Shown: positions 7,866 through 15,293 of the stretch, in pieces
Numbering within the stretch: position 1 is the first letter of the stretch
Layout: each line of letters opens with the position of its first letter
DNA from: an uncultured virus (IMG/VR IMGVR_UViG_3300037541_000827)
Taxonomy: Duplodnaviria; Heunggongvirae; Uroviricota; Caudoviricetes
Strand: one strand, 5' to 3'
IMG/VR virus record: IMGVR_UViG_3300037541_000827
Length of the DNA stretch: 20,000 bases
Notes under the pieces: model-generated
What the model saw: only the letters and a program-made list of their open reading frames with translations
What the model was told of the DNA's origin: nothing
Databases searched by the model: none
Made by a program: the position numbers and the translations under genes

Positions 7866-8201
7866 TTACCAGTTCTCGGTGGGCTCTGGAAGGCCAACCG
7901 GTGGCGCGGGGGGCTGCCAGGGGCCCCGAGAAGCCGTGACCCGCTCTGCCTGGAGCTTCTCCAGGGAAGCCTGCTCTTCAGGGCTGGACAGCCAGACCAT
8001 GGCCGCGGCCGTGCGCCAGGTGTGGCGGGTGGTGCGCACCACCCAGTCGTCGTAGACGTGGAAGCGGTGACCACCGGCAAAGAAGTAGCGGCCCAGGTGC
8101 CGCTCGACCGTGACGGGATAGGCAGTGGAGCCAAGCTCCAGGCACAGCAGCACGGCGCCGATATCTGGCAGCGGGCGGGCGGGGGCGATGTGGTTGGCCA
8201 T
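7866..8201 (-). CDS. Hypothetical phage protein
   Basis: ATG coupled to the upstream stop (TGATG); globular-looking composition. Confidence 0.7.
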   Translation of the reverse strand: MANHIAPARPLPDIGAVLLCLELGSTAYPVTVERHLGRYFFAGGHRFHVYDDWVVRTTRHTWRTAAAMVWLSSPEEQASLEKLQAERVTASRGPWQPPAPPVGLPEPTENW

Positions 8202-8692
8202 CAGAGGCTCCCGGGCATGGAGGGCAACAGGCCGGCAACGGCTGCCAGGCTGTTGGCCTTCAGCTGGCGGACCTGCTCAGCGGTGGCCTGAACACCAGCG
8301 AGGGCGCGCTGGCGGCGATTGCGGTGGATGGTCTCGATGGCCTGCTGATCCAGCTCACAGCCCACCCTGCGAGGCCCGGCCGTGGTCTCGAGACGGCAAG
8401 GGCCGGCGGAATCGCGAAAGCCGCCGCGGCCTTCCCTGGGGTAGGCGGCATTGCAGCAGCAGATGATCGCCGGATCAGACCCGGGACAGACCTCCCCGGA
8501 AGGGAGGACGTCGTAGTCGGGGATGAAGTCGTTGATCGCCCGATCAGAGTTGCCGACGATGCCGGTGTCCGCGCAGGCAAAACACGCGAAACCAGGCAGG
8601 ACGAAAGCGGGGCCGGCGGCTGGGCGGCGCTTGTGCGGGGCTAGGGGCCCAGGTGCTGGAGCTGAGGGGAGCAAGGCTGAGGGGAGCGTCAT
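8201..8692 (-). CDS. Zn-binding replication-associated protein
   Basis: CFACADTG ... IICCCNAA motif; coupled (ATGA) directly downstream of the initiator. Resembles the Zn module preceding phage DnaC-like loaders, but no Walker A motif is present. Confidence 0.65.
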   Translation of the reverse strand: MTLPSALLPSAPAPGPLAPHKRRPAAGPAFVLPGFACFACADTGIVGNSDRAINDFIPDYDVLPSGEVCPGSDPAIICCCNAAYPREGRGGFRDSAGPCRLETTAGPRRVGCELDQQAIETIHRNRRQRALAGVQATAEQVRQLKANSLAAVAGLLPSMPGSL

Positions 8693-9972
8693 TGGCCGGT
8701 GACGTGACGGTGGTAGGCGAACGGGTCCGGGGCGCCGGTTTCTGGATCGATCGGGGCCTCGAATGCGGCGGAGGCGACGGGCTGGTTCTGCTGCAGGTAG
8801 GCGATGAAGCGCCTCTCCTTCAGCCAGCGAGCGATGTCAGGCAGGGATGGGGCAAAACCCGTGGAGGCGTGCTGCTGGTCCTGAGCGCGGATTTCAGCGG
8901 CCAGGGCCGCTACCAGCTGCTCGGCGGTGTGGCCCTCAGCCAGCACGGCGGAAAACTCTCTCTGGGCAGCGGGCAGAGATTGACAGGGGACCCGACGGGG
9001 CGCCGCCAGGTAGGAGCTGCGGAGGGTGTCGAAGGCGCCGGCGGCTGCAGGGCCGGCGCGGAACTGCTCACAGCGACGGCGGTAGCCGGTGACCAGGGTT
9101 TTGCAGCCGCTGGCGGCGGCGTGTTCGAGGAACGGCCGGAGGACCCCCAGGGCGTCGGCATGCTGAATGGCCTGGATGTCGCCAGCGCTGAGCTCGTTGG
9201 CCGCGGCGGGGTGCTTGCTGCGGCGCCTGAGCCACCACTCGCGCAGCAGCTGGCGGTATGGGTGGGCGCAGTCGGGAAGGGCTGAAGCGGTTGCTGGGGG
9301 CTGGGTTGCCGGTTGGGCATGGCGCTGGGGAGCGTCGTTGTGAGCTGAGGTTATCACGATCTCGACCGCTGTCGCGACGGGCTCGGCCGTCGTGACCGTT
9401 GGCGCAGCGGCATCGATTTTCTCGACGCGGTGGTGGATATATGTAGTGGAGTAATCAATTAACCCTTCTTGGATTTCTTCTTCTTCGTTTAGAGGTTTAT
9501 TGATTGGGTCCCCCCCAGGGGGAGTCCCCTCAGGGGGGAGGGGTCCCCTTCCGGGGGAGTCCCCTCCAGGGGGAGGGGGGGGGCCCTGGGGGGGAGTCCC
9601 CTCTGGGGGGAGGGGGGTTGCTGACTTGCGTTGCACTGCAATGGGTTTCGCGGTTCGCTTTTTGCGGCCTGTTTCCATACGGACCCGATACCGGTTTGTC
9701 CCGCCGGCTCCGGTGCCCGATTTGATGATCCAACCCTCACTAAGAAGGGTCGAAAGTGCTGTGCGGATGTCCCGTTCCTTCATGCCGCACTCCAGGGCGA
9801 GCCGAGGAACCGAAGGAAATGCGTTATCCGATTGGCCGGCGTAAAACCAGAGCCATCCATATACAAATACTAACCTCCTGCGTCCTATCTGTGCACAGCT
9901 GCTAAGTAAGTCGAGAGGGATTTGTGCAAACAGAGGGCGGTGCAACTCACCGGTAAAATCTTTGGTTGGCAT
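8689..9972 (-). CDS. Phage replication initiator (N-terminal winged HTH, internal origin, C-terminal domain)
   Basis: FAQIP...VYGWLWFYAGQSDNAFPSVPRLALECGMKERDIRTALSTLLSEGWII...GTNRYRV wHTH; repetitive linker; C-terminal LPDIARWLKERRF. Start chosen at ATG 9972. Confidence 0.85.
   Translation of the reverse strand: MPTKDFTGELHRPLFAQIPLDLLSSCAQIGRRRLVFVYGWLWFYAGQSDNAFPSVPRLALECGMKERDIRTALSTLLSEGWIIKSGTGAGGTNRYRVRMETGRKKRTAKPIAVQRKSATPLPPEGTPPQGPPPPPGGDSPGRGPLPPEGTPPGGDPINKPLNEEEEIQEGLIDYSTTYIHHRVEKIDAAAPTVTTAEPVATAVEIVITSAHNDAPQRHAQPATQPPATASALPDCAHPYRQLLREWWLRRRSKHPAAANELSAGDIQAIQHADALGVLRPFLEHAAASGCKTLVTGYRRRCEQFRAGPAAAGAFDTLRSSYLAAPRRVPCQSLPAAQREFSAVLAEGHTAEQLVAALAAEIRAQDQQHASTGFAPSLPDIARWLKERRFIAYLQQNQPVASAAFEAPIDPETGAPDPFAYHRHVTGQ
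9436..9617. repeat. Putative replication origin: iteron-like repeats plus adjacent AT-rich segment inside the initiator gene
   Basis: GGGGGAGTCCCCTC at 9518, 9553 and 9590 (35-37 bp period); GGGTCCCC at 9506 and 9541; AT-rich tract at about 9436-9505. Same layout as the lambda ori within gene O. Confidence 0.75.
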
Positions 9973-10036
9973 GTCAGGATCTGAGGTGGGTGGTTCCACT
10001 CCCTGAAGCCTGCGGATCGCGGCTGTTGCAGTAGGA

Positions 10037-10260
10037 TTGCCCTGTTGCGGCCATTGGTCCTGCTGGGGAGCGTGCCCGGTGGTCGCAGCCCGCGAGGGCA
10101 ACACTGGCTCCGTTTCGGCGGGGCCTTTGTTGTTTGCGGGAAACCGACCAACAGATCTGGACCGTAGCGGATTCGAGATGGTATGGACCAGTGCTGTCTC
10201 AAATCTGCTGCCGCACCGTTCCCTCGCATCTGCTGCATGGCGCTATGTGGTTGTTGCGAG
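10037..10260 (+). ncRNA. Candidate structured leader or small RNA
   Basis: Consecutive long hairpins at 10037-10101, 10106-10125, 10165-10210 (19 of 20 pairs) and 10223-10260, whose many G-U pairs form only on the + strand. Confidence 0.4.
10106..10135 (+). terminator. Intrinsic terminator-like hairpin
   Basis: GGCTCCGT-TTCG-GCGGGGCC (8-bp stem with two G-U pairs, UUCG loop) followed by TTTGTTGTTT. Confidence 0.6.
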
Positions 10261-10351
10261 TGCGCTTCGTAGGGTGGCGGCGTGATCTCGCTTAGCACTT
10301 ATGTTCGGTTCCAGATGGACCCGTTCCCGGCCCTCGCGGCTCAGAGCACCT

Positions 10352-11275
10352 ATGGATCAGCAGCAGCAACTGTCGCGGCCGCCAGGGTCAGAGCCCCTCA
10401 CCTCTGCTGCTCGAGGCCACTGGCTGATCACTGAGCAGAGCGGCCGTGAGGTCTTGCGCTCGTTGATCGAGCAGTGGCTGGACCACAACGGCTGGAGCCT
10501 GGCTGTCACTTCACGGCTGGCTGAGCTGGCCCTGCTGGCGCGATCCTCAGAACCGATCCTGGAGTGGGTCGCTGGCATGCCTCTGCAAGCCGGCCAATGG
10601 GTCAACCACCGCGGCCATGTCTGGGAGGCAATCGGAACACCAGCCTCTGAGCCCGCAGATGACGTCCCAGGTTGGCGTGATGTCAGCCTGAGCAGCCGCC
10701 TGCATTCCAGTGGGCTCAACCTGTTCCTGCGGCGCAAGAGCCGCATTCTGGCCAGCACGTTTTTTCTGGAGCTTGGGCGGCTGAATGAATGGGTCGCGGG
10801 CGTGCAGGCTGGCAGGCACGCGGCACCGACAGATCAGCGGCTCCGGGACTGCGTCGCCAGCGCACACGTGCTGCGCGATCAGCAGGGCGTCTTTGGGCCC
10901 GAAGAGCTCCTGTCCATTGCCATCGGTCGCCTCACCCCGGAGCCGCTTGTCAAAAAGCAGGCAGCAGCAGAGCAAGAGAGGCCTCCGGAGTGCATCTCAG
11001 GCCGCACGCTGCGCCAGGCCGCAAGCGCCGCTGGTTTGGACATCGTTGAGGACTGGGCCCAAATCAGCGAGCTCTACCCAGGCAAGGAGCCCGAGCGGCA
11101 GAATTTTCTCCGGCAGGTGCTGCTTGGCCTCGAAACCTGGGGACCTGAGCAGGTAGAGGGTGAGCAGCTCGCCACCCAGGTGCTGCTGCAGCGCTTGGAA
11201 GATCGAAAGGCGCAGCAGCTTGCAAAGGCCTCAGCCAAGCAGAAGGGCGCGGAAACGGCGATCAGTGTCGACTGA
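10352..11275 (+). CDS. Repressor-like (XRE-type HTH) protein with an inserted CBM5/12-like domain
   Basis: Divergent from the replication operon. LIEQWLDHNGWSLAVTSRLA ... LHSSGLNLFLRRK...TFFLELGRLN flank the segment EWVAGMPLQAGQWVNHRGHVWEAIGTPASEPADDVPGWRDV. Confidence 0.6.
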   Translation: MDQQQQLSRPPGSEPLTSAARGHWLITEQSGREVLRSLIEQWLDHNGWSLAVTSRLAELALLARSSEPILEWVAGMPLQAGQWVNHRGHVWEAIGTPASEPADDVPGWRDVSLSSRLHSSGLNLFLRRKSRILASTFFLELGRLNEWVAGVQAGRHAAPTDQRLRDCVASAHVLRDQQGVFGPEELLSIAIGRLTPEPLVKKQAAAEQERPPECISGRTLRQAASAAGLDIVEDWAQISELYPGKEPERQNFLRQVLLGLETWGPEQVEGEQLATQVLLQRLEDRKAQQLAKASAKQKGAETAISVD

Positions 11276-11540
11276 TCGGTGGATCGTTCAGTGGCCTGGC
11301 CTCCGGCGGGCGGCTCCATTCCATCTGGATCGGTTCTGCGCTGCTGTTTTCTGGCCTGAGCAGCAGTAGGCGCAGAGCGCTGCAGCTGAAGGCTTCTGTC
11401 AACACCTGCCGCTGTCGCCAGAAATAATCGGCGGCCGTAGCATGAAGAACTGTGACAGAGAGAACCCCCTCGCTGGTAGCCATGACGCAGCCAGGAGGGC
11501 CGTTAGGGACTTGATTCACGACGGCATGAACCGGCGACAT
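11262..11540 (-). CDS. Hypothetical protein
   Basis: ATG start, 92 aa, fills the gap between the repressor-like gene and the ERF promoter region. Confidence 0.45.
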   Translation of the reverse strand: MSPVHAVVNQVPNGPPGCVMATSEGVLSVTVLHATAADYFWRQRQVLTEAFSCSALRLLLLRPENSSAEPIQMEWSRPPEARPLNDPPISRH

Positions 11541-11556
11541 TACGAAGTCACAATGG

Positions 11557-11602
11557 TGCTAGTGTTCGGTGAGTGGGTCGGTGCAGCGTAACCGATGCAC
11601 TA
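11557..11602 (+). promoter_or_regulatory. Extended -10 promoter candidate overlapped by an inverted repeat
   Basis: TGcTAGTGT (TGnTAnnnT) at 11557-11565, about 60 nt upstream of the ERF ATG. TAGTGTTCGGT (11560-11570) and ACCGATGCACTA (11591-11602) form an imperfect inverted repeat. Confidence 0.45.
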
Positions 11603-11625
11603 CCAACCTCTCTCGCAACAGCTCG

Positions 11626-12645
11626 ATGGATCCCAGTACCCAGCCAGGGGCGCCACCGCCGCATCCTCCACCGCCTGCCTCCGGGGCGCCGGCCGCGGCC
11701 AGTCCACAGCTCTCCCACAGGGCACTGGAAGACTTCGCCCACCGCGCCAACCAGCAGATCGGCGTTCACGACCAGCAGATTCGCAACCAGGGGGCCGTGA
11801 TTGCCCAGCTCCGTTCAGAGATCCACGTGCTGGCCGAAGCGCAAGCCCACCACGACCAGACCAGCCGCCAAGAACAAGTCTTCAAGGACGACCAGCGGCG
11901 CCGGCTGATCGAGTTCCTCAACTACGAACCGGAATGCGAACAGCAGATGCAGCTATTTGCTGCATTCGCAGCATGGCACGCCACAGAGCCACGTTTGGTG
12001 GAAAACCGCCAGGCGGAGTACGCCACCAAGAAAGGCGGGACCATCTCCTACGGCTACGCCGATCTCGCCAGCGTCATCGCCACCGGCCAGAGCGCCGCCG
12101 CCATGGGCCTGTGCGCGGTCACCCGCCAGGAGCTGGATGACAACGGCACTCCGGTGGTTACTGGCTACCTGATCCACTCCGGCGGCGGTTGCGTCAGCAG
12201 CGGTCCCGTCCCCCTCTACATCGGCGAAAGCGATCGCCGCGGCCAGGCCCATGCCGCCGGTCTCACCACCTGCCGCCGGCTGGCCCTGCAGATGGTCCTT
12301 GGCCTTGCCGCTGAGCGTGATGACGATTTTAACGCCCCAGGCGACAGCCAGCCCCGCCATGCGCGCCAGGGCAACGGCCCACAGCAACAGCCGGTGCGGA
12401 CGGGCACAACACCCTCCCGCTCCGCTCCAGGCCCAGCAGGCGCCACCCAGCGCGGCCCTGCCGCCGCAGTCCGCCAAGGCCCACCGCCTGGGTGGATCAG
12501 CAAGGACGATCGCCGCGCCCTCGAGCAGGAGTTAGCGGATCCCGCCATCACTCCGCAGCGGTTCCAGGAGATCGAGGCGAAGCTCTTTGCCGCTGATCAG
12601 TTGGCCAATAAGGCCGCGGCAGCATCACAAGGCAACGCGCCATGA
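11626..12645 (+). CDS. erf: ERF-family single-strand annealing protein (divergent) with N-terminal coiled coil
   Basis: SYGYADLASVI...GL...LIHSGG...GQAHAAGLTTCRRLALQMVLGLAAERDDD follows the ERF pattern (Y-x-YA-x-L; H-x-SG; GSA-x-TYARRY-x-L...G...DDD). Confidence 0.8.
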   Translation: MDPSTQPGAPPPHPPPPASGAPAAASPQLSHRALEDFAHRANQQIGVHDQQIRNQGAVIAQLRSEIHVLAEAQAHHDQTSRQEQVFKDDQRRRLIEFLNYEPECEQQMQLFAAFAAWHATEPRLVENRQAEYATKKGGTISYGYADLASVIATGQSAAAMGLCAVTRQELDDNGTPVVTGYLIHSGGGCVSSGPVPLYIGESDRRGQAHAAGLTTCRRLALQMVLGLAAERDDDFNAPGDSQPRHARQGNGPQQQPVRTGTTPSRSAPGPAGATQRGPAAAVRQGPPPGWISKDDRRALEQELADPAITPQRFQEIEAKLFAADQLANKAAAASQGNAP

Positions 12646-12892
12646 CAGGCACCAGGCTTTCCCCAGCACGGGGCCCCTAGGCCCTGCTGCTGGTGCTGCC
12701 GCGCTTGCGCGTGTTGTGGCCTCCCAGGTGACGCCAGCCCACTGCTCGGACCAAGCGGTGGACGCTGCTGGCCTCTCTCAAGTAACGGGCCCCATCGAGG
12801 GATCCGGTTGGCTCCAGGGCGACTGCACCGAACGGGACCGGACCAAGGCCATTTGCAGCAACACAACCTGTTTTCCCTTTCATTCCATCCCC

Positions 12893-13753
12893 ATGGACCT
12901 ACCAATCAGAACCGAGGCTGACGCCGTCATCGAGCAGACTCTGCTGGGGGTGCCGCCCGTAGAGCTCACCCCCGGCCACTTCTATGCCGTGCGCACCAAT
13001 GACGGGTTCAGGACCATCAACCTGACCACGCCTGAGATGTTGAAGGTCGCCGGCTTCCCGCGGCTCGAACCTCAGGCCCATTACGCCTTCCACGACATCC
13101 AAAGCTTCACGTCCTACGTGCTGAGCGTCTTCGACAACGACCCCGAAGGCTTAGATGATGATGCCTACCGGCCCAGGCGCAGCAGGGCCCTTTGCATCGC
13201 TGATGAAGCCAGAGAGACCATCCGGCTGATTTTCGACGCACAGCCCAACGAGTGGGGCAACGTCTACGCCGACCTGAAGCTCTTAGGCAGCTCCGAGGCG
13301 AAGCGGTGGGCGGAAGCCAGCGGCACCTACATGGCGCAGCAAGATTTCGCCGAGTTCTGTGAGATGAGCCTGGAGACCTTCTCCAGCCCAGATGCCGCCA
13401 CGATCCTGGAGATCGCCCAGACCTTCCAGGCCAAGTCCACCGTCGATTTCAGCAGCGCCGTTCGGCTTTCCAATGGGGCTATCAAGTTGAAGCGGGAGGA
13501 GCAGATCAACGCCACCGCCGGGGAGCGCGCTGACATCTCCATCCCCGAGGTGCTCACCGTCGCCATGCCGTTGTTCAAGTACGGCAAGGCCTACGCCGTG
13601 AAAGCTCGCCTCCGCTACCGGATTGTGGACTCCGCCGTGAGGCTCTCTGTCCTGCTGGTGGACCCGGAGATGGCGATCGAGCACGCCTTTAAGGAAGTGG
13701 TCGACGAGGTCTCCAGCCTGTTGGGGATGCCCGTCTTCTACGGGAAGGTCTGA
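12893..13753 (+). CDS. DUF2303 (YfdQ-like) phage protein
   Basis: W...MAQQDFAEFCE...PDAATILEIAQTFQAK...FSSAVRLSNG...IPEVLTVAMPLFKYG...VKARLRYRI...EHAF. ATG at 12893 follows a pyrimidine-rich leader. Confidence 0.85.
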   Translation: MDLPIRTEADAVIEQTLLGVPPVELTPGHFYAVRTNDGFRTINLTTPEMLKVAGFPRLEPQAHYAFHDIQSFTSYVLSVFDNDPEGLDDDAYRPRRSRALCIADEARETIRLIFDAQPNEWGNVYADLKLLGSSEAKRWAEASGTYMAQQDFAEFCEMSLETFSSPDAATILEIAQTFQAKSTVDFSSAVRLSNGAIKLKREEQINATAGERADISIPEVLTVAMPLFKYGKAYAVKARLRYRIVDSAVRLSVLLVDPEMAIEHAFKEVVDEVSSLLGMPVFYGKV

Positions 13754-13828
13754 ACTCTCCCAACCACCCCATCAAATCGAGCTATCCGGGATTTCCGGAG
13801 AACTGAACCTGATCCCCCCCATCTCACC

Positions 13829-14305
13829 ATGAACGCCGAGCCCATGGACACCGATATGGAAGAAGCCCTGGAGGCCTCTCCCTTCGGACAGTTCCTCTTC
13901 TCCCAGCGCAATGGCCTCACCCACACCGAGCTGTCTGAGGCCCTGGCAAAGGTCGGTGAGGCGGTGCTGGCCAACGGCGGCACCGGCACCATCACGTTGA
14001 AAATAACGGTGCAACAGCTGGGTCACGAAAACCGCCTGGTCGTAAGGGATCAGGTGAACGTGATTGCCCCCAAGCCGCCCAGGGAATCCAGCATCTGGTT
14101 CTACAACAAGGGCCAGAGAGGCTTCAGCCGCAGGGACCCCAATCAGGGGGAGCTGGAACTGGCCGTCATCCCCATGCGCCCACGGGGTGGCTCTGCGATT
14201 GCGACGGATCGCAGCGACAGCGACGGGGAGCTTCCCCAGTCGCTCAACCCCACCATGCGCCCGCGCGTCTGCACGGTCATCGCAAGCGACAAAACCAGCG
14301 CGTGA
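13829..14305 (+). CDS. YfdP-like partner of DUF2303
   Basis: GLTHTELSEALAKVGEAVLANGGTGTITLKITV...PKPPRESSIWF...FSRRDPNQGEL; adjacent to the DUF2303 gene. Confidence 0.75.
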   Translation: MNAEPMDTDMEEALEASPFGQFLFSQRNGLTHTELSEALAKVGEAVLANGGTGTITLKITVQQLGHENRLVVRDQVNVIAPKPPRESSIWFYNKGQRGFSRRDPNQGELELAVIPMRPRGGSAIATDRSDSDGELPQSLNPTMRPRVCTVIASDKTSA

Positions 14306-14338
14306 TCTGCATCAACCCCTCCCCTCCGCATTGCAGCC

Positions 14339-14830
14339 ATGGACTCCTCCACCGATCAGCCCATCACAGGGTTCGCCCTGTTTGCCGATGGCAGCCTCCA
14401 CCTGCAGCGTGGCTACGGCCAGCAGCAGTTTCAACCCTGCTGCCCTGACCAGCTCCCGGCCAACGATTTCAAGAACTTGCTGTGGGTCATCGAGGCCGCC
14501 CTCGGCGCCTGCCACAACGAGCTTCAGCAGACCATGCCGGAATCCATCCAGTCGTTGTTGCGTGTGATGGCCCTTTGCCACGCCAACTGGCTCTCGCTCA
14601 TTGCAGGCGATCCCCCTTACCCGATCACCGGCGCGGTGTTGGTTTGGGTTCGCCCCTCTCCTATCGCGATCGATTGCACCGAGGCCACCAATGCCAAGCC
14701 ATCTAGAGGAAGCTTTTGCCAACCAGTGGTTGGTCTCCTTCCCCGGCCTGCCCTTCCACAGGGAGTTCACCCTTCCCGTGTGGGACACCTGGGCCTCGTA
14801 CCAAAAGCAGGAAGGGCTGCAGTCGCGTAG
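14339..14830 (+). CDS. Hypothetical protein
   Basis: ATG after a C-rich leader; 3' end overlaps the endonuclease gene by 140 nt. Confidence 0.65.
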   Translation: MDSSTDQPITGFALFADGSLHLQRGYGQQQFQPCCPDQLPANDFKNLLWVIEAALGACHNELQQTMPESIQSLLRVMALCHANWLSLIAGDPPYPITGAVLVWVRPSPIAIDCTEATNAKPSRGSFCQPVVGLLPRPALPQGVHPSRVGHLGLVPKAGRAAVA

Positions 14831-15293
14831 ATCCACCTTCCGCGCTGATTTTGCCTGGCCGGATGCGCAGGTGGCCGTCGAGATCAACGGCGGCATCTGG
14901 CGGCCCGGGGGGCACTCCACAGGCCAAGGCATCACTAGGGACATCACCAAGACCATGCTCGCCCAGCTCTCCGGTTGGGTCCTCATCCCCCTTTCCGACG
15001 CACACATCTTCGATGGCACCCCCTACTGGCTCGCGCTCATTGCAGACATCATCGAGAGTCGCAGATCTGACCGTTTCAGCGGACACTCCGCCAGTGCTGC
15101 AACTAGCTGGTGTGGCCCTGGACCCCAACCAGCACATCCTCAAACCGTGGCTGACCCGTTCGCCGTTGGATCGAAACAGCATGGGCCGACCGTGCGTCGG
15201 AAAGGGCGTGCTCAACGGGATCGAGTGGATCTCCGTCAGGAACTCAAATCCCTCCGAAGCGGGCCAGGACCGGCGACTGATTTACAACGGTAG
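14691..15293 (+). CDS. DUF559/Vsr-like endonuclease-fold phage protein
   Basis: LEEAF...HREF...FRADFAWPDAQVAVEINGGIW..GGHSTGQGITRDITK...AQLSGWVLI; ATG at 14691. Confidence 0.85.
   Translation: MPSHLEEAFANQWLVSFPGLPFHREFTLPVWDTWASYQKQEGLQSRRSTFRADFAWPDAQVAVEINGGIWRPGGHSTGQGITRDITKTMLAQLSGWVLIPLSDAHIFDGTPYWLALIADIIESRRSDRFSGHSASAATSWCGPGPQPAHPQTVADPFAVGSKQHGPTVRRKGRAQRDRVDLRQELKSLRSGPGPATDLQR

Noticed and set aside
7697..8134. N-terminal extension of the 370-aa ORF
   Set aside because: Pro/Arg-rich and overlaps two better-supported ORFs; the SD-supported ATG is at 7696.
9506..9617. Possible CRISPR-like repeat array
   Set aside because: Repeats are short and low-complexity, lie inside a CDS and have no unique spacers; iterons fit better.
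9885..10298. 137-aa minus-strand ORF as a cro candidate
   Set aside because: No HTH pattern, overlaps the initiator start, and the region is better explained by RNA structure.
7194..12237. HIP1 octamers (GCGATCGC at 7194 and 12230) as proof of a cyanobacterial host
   Set aside because: Too few copies noticed to exceed chance at this GC content without a count.
12642..12731. ATGA-coupled micro-ORF MTGTRLSPARGP with possible TAG readthrough
   Set aside because: Only 12 codons. Other genes in the window end in TAG (e.g. at 14830 and 19398), so there is no support for recoding.
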